DNA of 64,000 bases from Carcharhinus longimanus (Eukaryota), in the NCBI GenBank assembly GCA_030264375.1, contig JASCQW010000122.1, forward strand, positions 17,352,430 through 17,416,429, read 5' to 3'. The translations under genes were made by a program, and so were the position numbers. Under the pieces are notes generated by a model. It worked only from the letters and a program-made list of their open reading frames with translations. It did no database searches and was not told the DNA's origin. Shown here piece after piece: positions 25,201-38,690 of this stretch. The number at the start of each line of letters is the position of its first letter. Position 1 is the stretch's first letter.

Positions 25201-25330
25201 TTTTCAACATGCTTCCTAGCTCCATATATTCTGATTTTAGGATCTCATCTCTTTTTTTTAAACCTATGCCATTTGTACCAATGTGTATTATGACCACTGG
25301 CTGTTCACACTGCCCCTTCTCGGTATTTCA
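22248..25330 (-). mobile_element. Long decayed CR1 LINE: ORF1 SGNH-esterase remnant, ORF2 APE endonuclease and RT, 3' UTR
   Basis: FRKDSQKDKGGGVALLIKE (EN), MDWVLCN...NDHNMMEF (EN), KSPGSNKPHPRVL, QHGFTKGKS, GVPQGSVLG, SKFADDTKLGG, LVRSHLEYCVQFWCP. ORF1 EQPVVIIHIGTN at ~25310-25275. Many frameshifts and an internal deletion near 22449. Confidence 0.93.
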
Positions 25331-25681
25331 AATGATACATATATATGTAGGAAAAACATTGGTTAAAAAGTAGAAACAGGTACCGAACAGCAGTAGATGA
25401 GGTGTAGAGGACAAAAAGCATAATAAAGAGAAAGGATACCAGATAGTATGATGAGGCAATGCCAGAGAATAGGCTAAAATCTAAAAGTCCAGCCGCCAAT
25501 ATGGGGATCAAAAAGGGGCAAAACCAAAGGAGATATTAAGATATAATGATTATTTATAAACAGATCAGATTGCTATCCCCTCTCATTCCTATTTCATAGT
25601 TGGTTTATTTGATCTAAATTTTAAAAGGGAATATATTTTGAAAACTTCAAAACTAGAAGGCGATATTCTTGTAAACAAAGA

Positions 25682-26415
25682 CCCGGATTCTGCAATTGTA
25701 GAGACAGTGAAACTATGAACGTTCACCATCATTACCAAGTAAAATATTTACAGCTAAAGGTGGAAATCTGGAAGTTGCTGTCAGTAATACCCTTCTCCTC
25801 TGCCAAGTGTGCTGTTGCAGTCCTCAGATGCAAACAGCACGTAATCAGTGATTCTTAACATAAACCGCAACCTTTTGCACACTATTTGCATGTGAAATCC
25901 ATTGAAAAAGTTATGTTTTATTGAATAAGGTGTAACTGAGTTTTTAAACTGCATTCTAACTCATAATTATTGCTCAACAAACTCTTTGGCCCTTAAAAAA
26001 CTAATTTTCAAAGCGCAGAGCATCATTTCCTCAATTCCATTCAAAAAAATTCATAGATTTTTAAAATAATATATATTTTTAAACTGGTTTCTGATAATTC
26101 AATTTCTGTCTTAGCCCCATCTGTAGATCTGAATCTTCATTTCACTCTCTGCAAAATGATTAATAACTGGGTGAGAATCGGTACTTATTACTTTCCTGCT
26201 TGCTGACTGAATTCTTCAATCAGATTGGCTGCTCAGCTGCCTGATCACTTCACTCTTTCTGGATGCCAGAGATCCCCTATAGATAGCACCAGAATGAAAC
26301 TGGTTTTGTAATAGGGAAATCAGTGCTGCAGAGCCCTCTGAAGCTTTGCATTCAGCTTTCTTTAAGGTCAGCAGCAAGTGCCATCTCTTTTGCTGTGTTC
26401 CACAAAGTCCAGGCC
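25682..26415. mobile_element. ~730 bp non-autonomous DNA element (MITE-like)
   Basis: Imperfect inverted termini cccggattctgc / ccacaaagtccaggcc. A related 3' half lies at ~48990-49237. Confidence 0.45.
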
Positions 26416-27182
26416 AACATGTTCTGACTTTTATAAAATGTGAAAACTTGTGAAACATTAACAATCTGTTATTCTATTTTCTGCAGTATAACACGCCAGC
26501 AATTACATCATAGTGATAACAATTTGGCACTTCACTTATTCTTTTACTTTTTGTTCTTAATATATGTGTAATTATTTATGTCACTGTAAAGTATTGGCAT
26601 AGTCTCCTGGAGTACAGAAGTTAAAGGAGTCAATGTCAGTTCACTAAAAAGCAAAATTGATTTTGCATCAAGTGTTCAATGCCAAATCCTCTAATTAATG
26701 ATAATTTAAGAAATAATTACTTCACACTTATAGAATTGTTAGGTTAGTATATTGATATTTGTGTCAATGAAAACAGACTCAGCTGAAAACAAGGTGCTGG
26801 CTCTAACTGATGCCAGAGGAAAGAGAAGTAATATTGAAAAGCAAAATAAGTTGGCTAATTCAACTGTCATCGAAATAATCAAATTATATGGGTTTGATTT
26901 CAAAATAAGAGGAAGGATTCTAAATAACAGGTTAAGCTAGATGGGCTAACTTACTTTTACTCACCCCTACCTTTTTAGTTAAGTTAGTACTTTGCCCAGA
27001 CATCCTTTCAGTGAGTTATTTGAGTTACATAAAATTTCCATATCAGTAGTGGAAGTCATGTAGAATTACTTGAAGGTATATGTGTAAGGTAACAAATATG
27101 ACTGCTAAAAATGGATAGGGAAGTTATCAACAAGAGTGTCAACAAATGCTGGTTATACCATCATGGAAGCTTTGAGATATTG

Positions 27183-27308
27183 CCTGGAATTTTACTGCTC
27201 CGCTCACCGCGGGAATCAGAGCAGGCAAGGGGCGGACAATGGAAAGATCCATTGACCTTGGGCAGGATTTTACAGTTTTGGAACGAACGAAGCTGTAAAA
27301 TCCCACCC
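27183..27308. mobile_element. Short MITE, same family as 9441 and 19619, opposite orientation
   Basis: cctggaattttac...gtaaaatcccaccc. The internal ccattgaccttgggcaggatttt is the reverse complement of the family core. Confidence 0.7.
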
Positions 27309-28469
27309 ATTGCATAAGTCAGCAAAGCAGAAATGACAAAGAAACTGAAACAATTTCAGATAAAAATATCACACTTATGCTCCCAATCGGGGAACAAACT
27401 CAAGTGAGTCGAAGAACTGCCCTTACAGTGTTGTGGGCCTATCTCCAAGCTGGCAGTTGAGGTTATAAAATTCAGATGCGAAGGTAACAGCATAATGCTG
27501 TGTCTGAAACCTAACTGCTTATGCAGATATTTTATCAGCGGCAGGTGGTGTCGTCACCACATAGTAAAGCTACCAGAAACCTAGTGTACTTGTGGGCTGG
27601 CAGGGGATGGGAGGAGGTTTCCTTTTGACTGGGTACCCAACTGAGGCCAATTACCCACAATACTCCCACGACCCCTTGTGTGCCCTCTCCCCTTGCCAGG
27701 CTCTATCAACCTGGTGCCAGCAAACACCAGGATTTACCTCAGTATCAAGATTCATGGCCCTTCCTTGTTGAGGACTGCCATTAGTCCCATAGATACTTCT
27801 ATCTTCAAACAAACCCAATGCAGAACTGAAAAGCTGCTTCTCTGTAATTTACCGAGCTCCTTCCATTAACCATATCATCAAATGACCCCATCTACCTAAA
27901 CCCACATTCCATTCCTTTAATCAAAAACCCCAAGGGAAATATTTTGTAAATAAAAGTCCATTAGCTCTATCTTAGTAAATGCTACATGGCTAAAACAAGT
28001 AATTATCATGCTCTCCCGGTATCTGAGCTGTATTCCTTCTGGACAAACCAACTACCTTTAGCGTAAAGCTGAATTTTTACCATTCCCCTTGAACACAATA
28101 TCCATATCAATTGCACTATGATCATTTACTTTCTTATTTTCGCACTTAACCAGAGTATTGTGTCCAATTCTTGTCACCACATTTTACAAAGGATGTGAAA
28201 GTCCTTGAGAATTTGCATGGAGGGTTTACTCGAATGGTTTGTAGGAGAAAGGAATTTAGCTACAAGGCTATGTTGAAAAAACAGAGTCATTCTTCATTCA
28301 GCAGGAGGGAAATGAGGGAAGGCCACAATTAATTTAGATGCAATAGATTGCACTTCACAAAGATACATGACATCTTTGAAGATGTAATTAAATTAGTGGA
28401 CACAGGCAACTTAGTATGTATAATTGTATTTTCAAAAGGTGTATGGTCAATATTTCTGAGATTTCTTTT

Positions 28470-30965
28470 TAGGACACAAAAAGAGATGGTGTTTCATATG
28501 TAATGTCAAGTAGCAACTGAAATCTAGTTTATTCTAGTTTGACTGCATATACATACATACACACACAATTTGTCACAAGAGGCTGCTATTTATCTATTAC
28601 ACTCCTCCTTCCTTAGTGAGAAAGGATACAATGTTCAAATTCTACACAAAATACGTATATTTCGTAGTTTTTTTTCATGTTTTTACAAATCCAATTTAAC
28701 CATAGGCTTTCTACTCCCAAGAAGATTCCTCTTTCCTTGATCCAAGCATTTAAAACTTGGGGTCCTTCTGGGCCTGAGCCTGAGAAGCTTTTTCCACAAA
28801 GACTGATTCAATTGAATCTTCCACTTCATCAGACATGTCTCACACTGACTTGGACCTGAACCAGTTGGCGTAACTATTGGTACTCTACTCATATCCCAAC
28901 AATCCAATTTATCAGACTCATTTGATTCTTCCCAGCTGCCTTCTTCTTTGTGATCCTCTGAAGGTAAAACATGAACCAGATGTACAAACCTAATCTTTCT
29001 ACTACTAAATATTCTTACTAAATGTGTGTGAGGACTGCATATTTTCATCATTCTTCCTGGTAGCCACTTCAACCACTTATGATAATGTTCTGTCTTTCAG
29101 ACTTCTTACTCTACACCTACTATTACTCTCTTCCTGCCTGTTTTACTCCTCTTCTATGGACGTTAAATATGGTTTCAGTTATGAAAACCTCATTCTCGGC
29201 AGTTGTCTAAAAATAAATTCAGCTGGCATTCTGCTACAGTGATATGTTACAATAGATAAACAAACGTTACCAGTTTGTGATCAATGACAACTGACATTTC
29301 TTCCGATTTGTACCCAGCACTTGTTTAACAAGAGCACACTTAACAATTTGTACTGGGTGCATAGCCACTCCATTTGAAGCGGAATAATACACTGGGATTA
29401 AAATATGTTTTACCCTACTGATTCTCATGAATTTTACAAACTCTTCTGAATAAAGCTGAAGGCCATCATTGGACACAATATCATCTGGGAATCCATAAAC
29501 AGAAAGTGAACTATGTGGAAAATATCTGGAATTTTGCAAGTTGTTGTTCGAATCATTGGGAAATCAGTTTTCCAGTTTCACTAGACTCCTGGGGAAACTT
29601 GGCAATCATGTCATCTTGAATCGCGGTTTTTGCCTCCAATTCAACTTAATCCGTGGTTAACCAGCTTCTTCCTAACAAGGTTGGTTTTTCACCCTTCACT
29701 GCAATGATGAGTAATTTTGCACACTGCTCCTTATACATATTTCTCATCATGAAGATTCTGTGCGTGATTTCTTCAGCGATTCAGGCATCATCTGATGTCT
29801 CCGTATAAACTTCCATGTTTACTAGAACTCCATTCAGCACTAGTTGGACTACAATGCCCTGCGAATCTCAATTGGACATCCTTGTTTTTCAGATCGTATG
29901 GGTCTCAACCAACCCCTCTTTGACTGGTGCTGCTTGATGACTGTATGTAGTGATTGCCATTTCCTCCAGCAGTGTTTTCTCTCCTTACATTCTTTCCACG
30001 TGCCTTGGCAAGCTGACTGGTCCTCTTGCAGGTGTAACACTTGGTCTTCAGAAATGGCCAATTCTGTGCCTGGTGTTGCTCTAAGCACCAGTAACGGGAT
30101 ATTTTAGTCCATCTGCAACTACTAATTACTGCCATCAGGGCCTTCTGCTTACATAGCTACAACTTATATACCTCAGTAAATGACTGGCAGTTGTTAACTT
30201 TGACTTTTCTCGAGTCATATTTTGCCATGTCTATGAACACAGCTGTTTGGCAAGCTATGTTGAAAGTTAACTTTGACAATGTCAGCATCTTACTGTGAAT
30301 TGTTTACTTCTTAAATTGATAAATCTATCTTGCCACCCTTGCTCTTGAAATTCACCAAATTTACAAAAGATGAACAGCTTTTTCAAAACCACAATAAAGT
30401 CTCTCAATGCCTTCACTGGGCAACTGTTCCATTCTGACAGCTGTCTGCAATCTCCAACTTGTCACTGTAATGCTGCTCAAGCTTGCATGAAATGTCCATC
30501 AGTGGCTCTTGGCTTAGTAGGAGTGAGCAAATTCTTGAGTGTTCCATAGGTTCCTGGGACTGCTTCGCCAGAAATATTGTCCTTTTTCTTTCTCCAACTG
30601 CCTGATTAACAGCTAGATTATCGGGATCTTATTAGCAGTGAGCAACATCTTGTTCACCTAAAGAGTCTTGGTTATGGCCGTATTCCTCCAGACATTCAGT
30701 AATACCTGTAATATAGATGTCCACCCATGGGTATGAACATCCTTTTCATGAAGACTATATTTTCAAAACTATTTCTGAGAAAAAAGGCATCTAAATTTCT
30801 CTATTGGTTTACTGGAAACTTCTCCCTTCCAAATTTGTTCAGCTAGGATCACGCACAATCCTACTTCATTTCCAAACCATGATATCTTTGCAGGACAGAA
30901 AGAGAGAGATGTGTAAAGTGATGTGCCTATATGTACCCAAATAGCCACACAAGGGTGATATTACA
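28470..30965 (-). mobile_element. Second decayed Ty3/Gypsy element (gag, zinc-knuckle and integrase remnants, degenerate LTRs)
   Basis: Integrase core YGFPDDIVSNDGLQLYSEEFVKFM...KHILIPVYYSASNG (29267-29539). Knuckle-like CPFLKTKCYTCKR region near 30030-30065. PPT aaggaaggaggag precedes TGTAATAG at 28601. Partial second LTR at ~30890-30965. Confidence 0.8.
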
Positions 30966-32949
30966 CTATTAAATTTTCCACATCAAATACCTTTAAAGAA
31001 GATAAATGAATTAATGACAAATTAGCTAGTCACATTGAATATTTGTTTGACATTAGACAACACGTGGTAGTAAGAAATGGACAAGGCAATGTCTGTACAG
31101 TGACAATAAATACTGGTGCAGAGATCTGTTATAGTTAAGTGCTTTTAATATAATTCAAGGAGTTGAAGATTGGTACTTATAATAACTTCAAATTTGCAGG
31201 TAGCACCAAAGAATATGCACAGGTGATCAATGTAAGACTACTGTCCAATAATAGTTCTGAAAAGAGTTGGCGGATAAACAAAGGACTACGGAAAAATATA
31301 AAAAATTCACATTGGGTATACACATTTGAAGTTTTTTATATCAAATAAAGGCATCAATTTGAAAAGTAGAAAAATGGAAAAAGAATGGCAATGATTATCA
31401 ACCATTTAATGAAAGTACTAGACAACAGGAAACTTCAGAATGAATTTCAAAGTTTTGTTTAATAAAAATTTTAAGTCTGTGTGTCTGATTAATAATCCCA
31501 TCTTAAGAATAGGAGCACACTTTGAATAAAAGACATTGATAAAGTATACAGCATAAGGTTGAGGAAAGTGTGTCTTGGGGATATTACAAATGCACTCACA
31601 GAGCAAAATGTGTTTGCATCAGAGGAATATAGGTGAGGATAGATAACATGATTTTAAGTTTTTACAGTGCAAGATGAGTTTACAACCTGAGTTAAAAAAA
31701 TTGCAAGTCTCAAGCAAGACCAGAAATTGGAGAAGTTATTTCCATGCTGAACAGTGGTTAAATTGAATAGATTCTGGGTTAACACTATGTCAATTAATTT
31801 CTGTAAAAGGAGTAGGACAAATGACTGCTTAAAAATAGGATTATAGGCTAAAAGAACAAGTATAGGCAAAAGTTCTTGTTCAATATATGTCATGGTTTTA
31901 GCGCTGCTGAAGCCACAGATTTGTCATTTGTGGTGTGCAGATGTTCAGGCTAAATGTAGATTGTAATGTTAGACACACTGACAATTTTGCTCAATTATTT
32001 TTGGGGATTAAGGAAAGATTTTGCAATTTTATCTTTTTGAAGTTCTATTTGTGGTTATACAACTTTCTTAAAAGACAGAAAAATGTTAGGANNNNNNNNN
32101 NAGCAGAACAATGCAAGTTATGAATGAGACAGAAGGATTAGGCTTGATGAGCTGAATTAAATTTTTTGTTTCACCATTTTTTGTAGTCTTACAAAACCTT
32201 TGATTGAACATAAGCAATTGGACAACTTCATGCAGCTCATAAGGCTTTCTTTTCCATTATTTAGAATAGTCAGTCCTGCTCTGTACAGATAAGTTAAAAC
32301 GTTTGATCCAGTCTACAATGTGCTCACTTGTTGTTCATTATGTTGCTCCCATTAGGCTTGGCATGAGATATAACGGCAAAAATTGCAATGCTGTCTTCTA
32401 ATGTCGATGGAAAGTCTCACCAAATGCAAACATGAGTTTGAGATAAAGTTAGATAATTGCAGTTCGGATTCCATGCTCGTATCTGGTGAGGCTCCTTGTT
32501 TGTGTCTAGCAAAGTTTTGCATGTAATAATTAACTACACATATAATGGCTGCATACATCATAACTGTTGTCCAAATTAAGCTTATAGTAAGGCTACAAAG
32601 CATGCAGTGAACTTAGAATACTACTGGACCTGAATTCGTCACACATTGAACTAATGTTATTATAAAGAAGAATACATCCTATTACAGAAGTCAGAGATCC
32701 TGCAATATTCTGCAAGAGGATTTAGAAATTAGCTAGCAACATCTCAAAAATAGAACCTCAGTACTTAGCAACCCATAGGTTGATATGCCTTACATGATCA
32801 TTTAAACCTTCAGTTACAATCCTATAATTTAGGATTATATTTTGTTAAGGGAGGTCGGAAAGAAACATTTCAAATGTAGTTTTTTTTGTGGGAGGTGCGG
32901 TTCATCAGGCTGCTTAACTGGCTCCAGAGAAATCCACACAATTAAAAAA

Positions 32950-33350
32950 AAATGTTCATTTCACAACCTCAGCAACCATAAACTCTTCATAGCCAAGGAG
33001 GTACATTTGAATTGTAGCCACTGTTGTAATGTAAGGAAGTGCAATTGTCAATTTGCAGACAACAAAGTCCTTAAACAGTAATAGAGCAATTGATTAGATG
33101 ATTTGTTTTAGTTGGTTGAATGTTCGCTTGGTCACTGAGAGAACTCCCTTATCTTATTTGAATAATTAGGTTGTCTACATCCATTTGAAAGGATAGACAG
33201 GCTATGAGTTAGCATTTCATCTGAGATAGGCAGATCTCCCTCAATATCATACCAAAATGGTATTGTAAATTGGGTGCTCAAGTCTCTGGAGTGGGAGTGA
33301 GATTTGAGTGAGAGTCAAAGGCAAGAGTGTTACTACTAAGGCAAGGTGGT
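32950..33350 (-). mobile_element. Ancient Deu-domain SINE remnant (SacSINE1-like)
   Basis: The reverse complement has a tRNA-like head (cccactccagagacttgagcac), Deu-like ggatgtagac...ttcaaataagataagggagttctc, and an L2-like tail. Related fragments at 46230-46360 (+) and 53355-53510 (-). Confidence 0.55.
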
Positions 33351-35521
33351 GACCTCTTTAATTAAAGTAGCTCCTGACTCCTAATAGGGACTGTACACAT
33401 TTTTTTTTGCAAGAATATATATTAAATTGTTTAAGTCCAGGGAAATGAAGTGGAATTAGGAAGGAATTAAGGTTCAAGGACCCTTAAATATTTGTAGGAA
33501 TAGTGTTGGAATTTGGCCAGCTAACATCCACTTACGAACTTCCTTTTCATTATCCAGTTAGGACCATCATGCCTGTTAAAGCATCAACTTGATGCATTTT
33601 CTTGAGCTGATTGGCAATTTTTCCAGTTGGGTGGCATGTCACACATCTACCCTTTTCACATCCCAGCAGTATGCAGGCTCACTTGCTCAATACGAACAGT
33701 TGAGGGTCAGTCTAGTTCAGATATCAGATAACTACAGCATACTGACTTCCAATTTCCCATTGCCAAACATGTTTTCTGAGATCCAGCTCAACTAAAAGGG
33801 ATCACACTTATCTCCTCTCTACACCCAGAAGGACAGTCACTAAATGGCAATAAGACAATGGGTGAAATGATGGTTTTAAGCCCTTGCTGGGCAAACAGCA
33901 AGAAGAAAATAATTTAACTCTCACTTTAATCTGCAACAAGGATTAAGTAAAATATAGCAACGTTGCATGCCTCTTTGGCAGACAGCAACAAATAAATTCA
34001 TCAACGATTAAACTAATCCTGAGTATTGTGGTTGAGATGTTTTATTTACTACATCTTCTGAGGTGGGTATACTGGTCTTCAGTAATTCCACAGACACACA
34101 TCATAGGGTGAAATTGGACCTTGTTTATCAGACAGAAAACAGGCACAGGAATTCTAACTGAGCAGGCTAACCTCCCACTCCCAGACAGCACGGAAAACCA
34201 CATTGGACAAGTAGAGGCGGACACCTAAAGTGGGCATTAGGGGCCTTGAATATGCTGAGAAGGGGCCTTATACCTCTTCTAGGGCCCATCCTGAATTTAT
34301 ACTCTGAGCAGGCATTGAGTCTACTCTGTTCATGATTATCTGGTCCACATGTAAAGTAACTGCAAGAGGTTGCCATTAAAAGATAGGTAACTTTACAGAA
34401 ACAAAACCCTTTTACAGTCAGGAATAGCTGGACTTCTCTCAGCTGCTCCGTGACATTGGGAACCACTGTCAACCTGTGTCAGGCTCCACTTAATTTTCTT
34501 TCCAGAACCTCGGCTGATGTGGCAGGTGGTCTGATATTCGAAGGGACAGAGTGGCAAGCTGCTGGTAGGAAGTAACTCATCCAGAATATTAACCCAGGAC
34601 CAGACAATCAATTTTAGACATTCATGACACCTGCCTCCTCTGGCACATGCAGCACTCACACCACCTGATTTGTGCCTGAAAGCGGATATGAACCAATTTG
34701 TCACCCACATTTTTGAACTGCTGATTCTTTTGAACCTAGGGAAAGTCTGAATGAAAATGTACTACATTACCTTTTTAATAGAGTGCAAAATGTTGTACCA
34801 TTGCAAACGAGTAATGTGCAAAGTAGATTAATGAGTGTTTTTAAATGCAAAATATTTGATGATTAAGCTCATAAGCTGCCTCCATTTCTGTTATATATGT
34901 AGGAAATACTTAAAAATAACTTAAATATAAATCCGATGAAATGTGAAAGCTTTGTTTCAACATCCTTACCAAAAACATCTTTTATAATGCATTAGAGATT
35001 AATGATTAGCCACAGTTTTAAAGATCAGTAAGAAAGGATTAACTTTATGATTACTTCTGTCAAACTGCAGAGTTGTGTGAATATTTTTGTTTAACTACAG
35101 AATACTGATGATCTCATTATGAGGATCAGGCTCGGAAGAGTTATTGAGCATGGCCATGTGAGGAAGCAAAATTATCAGGAGTGCAGTTAGTAATTTTGAC
35201 CGATTCAATGGCTTTATTGGTTCAACTTGTGAACACCACCTTTACACTTATCGGCAATTCCTCCAAGTCAGTTCCACTTAGAATTACATCAATATTTGCT
35301 ATTTAAATATTAGAAATTTCTTTGAACATAAGACTTTGGAGCAGTGGTGGATCATTCAGCCCTTCAAGCCAGCTTTGCCATTCAAAAAGGCTGATCTTGT
35401 TGCAATCACCTTTCCTTTACTTTCCCATCTGGGCGAAACATGACAAGCATCTCTGGAAAGGCACAATTGGTGGAAACTCATCATGGAAGTGTGACAAATG
35501 AAGGGGCTTCTGAACCTACTT

Positions 35522-36660
35522 AAACATCACCTCCCGCAAGTTCCCCTCCAAGCTACTCACCATCCTGACTTGGAAATATATCGCCATTCCTTCCCAGTCA
35601 CTGGGTCAAAATCCTCTAACTCTCTCCCTAATGGCATTGTGAGTCAACACACAGCACGCACACTGCAGCATTTCAAGAAAGCAGCTCACCACCACTTTCT
35701 TACAGGCCAGCTAGGGATGGGTAATAAACTCTGCCCATCCAGAAACACCCATATCTCATGAATGAATGAAAACAGATGGTGAATAACCATCACCCCTTGA
35801 CAGTCAAAGGTACTGCCGTGCTGAATCTGACTATCAACAACCAGGGGGTTACCACTGACCAGAAAGTTATCTGGACTAGCCCTTTAAATACCATGGCTAC
35901 AAGAGTAGCTTCGAGACTAAGTATTCAGTGGTAACTCTTCTCCAGACTCCTAAAGCCTGTCCACAATCTCCAAAGCACAAGTCAGCAGTGCAGTGAAACA
36001 CTAACCCTTTGCTTGGATTAGTGCAGCTTCAAAAATGCTTAAAAAGCTCAATGCCATCCAGGGCAAAGCAGCCCACTTGATGCTTTGTGGATAGGATGTC
36101 ATTCACATCTCCATCATCATGTACAGTGGCAGTAATGTGTGCCATCCACAATGTGCACTGCAGGAACTCACGAAGCTTCCTTTGACAGCAAACCCAAGAC
36201 TGCTATCATCTAGAAGGTAAGATGCATGGGAACATCACCTACAGCTTCCCCTCCAAGCCACTCACCAATCTGACTCCCTTCACCACCGACGCATAGTGGT
36301 AGCAGTGTACCATTTATAAGATACACTACAGGAACTCACCAAGTTTGTGGAGAGTCCTTCCAAACCCACAACCACTTCCATCTAGAACGATAAGGGCAGC
36401 AGAGACATGGGGACACCATCATCTGGAAGCTCCCCTCCAAGCCACTCACCATCCTGACTTGGAAATATATCGCCGTTCCTTCACTGTTACTGAGTCAAAA
36501 TTCTGGAATTTCCTCCCTAAGAGCATTGTGGACATACCTACACCAAATGGACTGGAGCAGTTCAAGAAGACAGCTCACCACCACCTTCTCAGGGGCAATT
36601 GGGGATGGATAATAAATGCTGGGTTAGCCAGTGAAACCCACATCACTTGCATGAATACAA
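35522..36660 (+). mobile_element. Three tandem/overlapping 3' fragments of the ATGA-tailed CR1-group LINE
   Basis: cccctccaagcyactcacca occurs at ~35543, ~36249 and ~36432. Peptide KAQVSSAVK...WISAASKMLKKLNAIQGKAAHL. Tails atgaatgaatgaa and atgaat. Confidence 0.8.
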
Positions 36661-37049
36661 AACCTCTACAATGTAAATTGCCTCAAATCATTAAACACAC
36701 AAAATTATGTGATCTTTTGCACTATTGCATTGATTAAGCTTTTATCAGGGTGTTAAAAACATGTAGAAATGCCAGGCCAATGTGAGATGAAACAATGTCA
36801 TGAGTTTTTTTCTGCAATTCATACAGCTCTTTTTTCATCAAAAGCTTAAAAACACAGCTTGTGTGACATTTGGAAGTCTTCCCTGTCTTTACAAAAGTGT
36901 CAAAGCACACAAAAAAAAGAGAAGTTTCTTGTATTTATTCAGTAATGCTATAGAAGATTACCAGACATGGAAACATTATTTAAAGGGCCTATTAGATACC
37001 ACAGGAAAAATTAACAGCTCACTACAATATAATTCATGGATTCTTGGAG

Positions 37050-37335
37050 AGTTTGGTGAGTTCCTGTAGTGTATCTTGCCAATGGTACAACTGCTGCCAC
37101 AGTGATAGAGGGCCTGAATAACAGACCATCCACAAACAATCAAGTGGGCTGCTTTGTCCTGGATGGTGTTAAGCTTATTGAATGTTGTTGGAGCTCCACC
37201 CATTTAGGCAGAGTGTTACTCCATCTCTTTCCCTTCCTGAATATTCTCCTAACATGTCAAATACCCTGAATATTCAGTACACTCTGATTTGTGCCTTGCA
37301 GATTATAGACAGACTTTGGGGAGTTTGGATATGTT
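37050..37335 (-). mobile_element. Fragment of the same ATGA-tailed LINE family
   Basis: ORF peptide APTTFNKLNTIQDKAAHLI. Confidence 0.7.
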
Positions 37336-37344
37336 TCCTGTGTT

Positions 37345-38690
37345 CTGGCTTTCTCAGCAGGGGAGTTATATTTGTGGCTTTCCAATTCACTGGGATATTT
37401 CCAGAATCTGGAAAATTTTGGAAGAGTACAGCTGAGGCCTCCCTGTTGCAGCCTCTTCTTTTAAGATCCTAGGGTGTAGGCCATCAGGTCCAGGGATCTC
37501 ATCAGCTTTAAGTTCCATAAGTTTGCTTTGTATTTTATCTCTAGCCATAATAATTGTTTGATGCACTTCCCTCCCTTTGGCACCACCCCCCCCCCCGCCG
37601 CCTGCCCCCAATTCTTTAGTATTGTTGGAATGATTTCTGTGTCTATTACAGTAAAGACAGATATAAAGTATTGGTTCAATGTCTTTCCGATTTCATGTTT
37701 CCCTTTATTAATTCCGCAATCCCATCCTTTCTACTTGAGCAGCTCTCTTTCTTGTTCTATATATGTAGAAGCTCTTGCTGTCTGTTTTTATATTTCTTGC
37801 TAGTTTGCTCTCAGTTTCTATATTCTCTCTGTTTTTTGGACACTGATGGTTCATTCTTCTCATGGCGTCTTTCTTTCTCAATGGAGTACAAGTATGTATT
37901 TGGTGAGAATTACAAAATAGCACCTGAAATGTCTGCCATTGCTTATCTACTATCTTACTTTTTAATGTATTTTGCCAGTCTACTTTGGCCAACTCTGTCT
38001 CCATACCATTTTTCTAGCTTATAGCTTAAGACACAAGTTTCAGACCCGAGCTGCACTTCCTTAAACTGAATAGGAAATTCAATTATATTACAATCACTTT
38101 TCTCTAGAGGATCCTTTATCATGAGATTATTAATTAATCCTGTCTCATTACACATTGATAGATGTAAAATAATCTAGTACCTTTGTGGTTTACTCCATAA
38201 TCTATTATTCTTAAAAACTATCCCGAATACACTTGAAGAATTTGTGCTCAATGCTGCCTTTGCCAATTTGATTTCCCCAGTCTACATGAAGATTTAAAGT
38301 TGCCCGCAATTACTGCAAGATCTTTCTTATAAGCCATCATTTCTTAATCTATCCTCTACCCTGCAATGTAGCTGTCAAGGGCCTATTGACCACTGCCACC
38401 AGTGATTTCTTTCCCTTGCTTTTTCTTATCTCCCAAACTGATTCCACATCCTGATCTTCTCAACCAAGATCATTTCTCACTGCTGCACTGATCTCATCCT
38501 TTAATAATAGAGCTACTCCATCTCCTTTCCCTTGCTGAATATCCTCCTAAAATGTTAAATACCTGTGAATATTCAATTCGCAGCCATGTATCTGTAATGG
38601 TTACCAGTTTATTTCCATTTATTTCTATTCGTGCAATCAATTCACCAGTCTTGTAGAAATGTTGCATGCATTCAGATAACACTGAACCTC
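37345..38690 (-). mobile_element. CR1 LINE ORF2 fragment (endonuclease to linker)
   Basis: MCNETGLINNLMIKDPLEKSDCNIIEF, ELAKVDWQNTL, LARNIKTDSKSFY, LMELKADEIPGPDGLHPRILKE. Confidence 0.88.
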
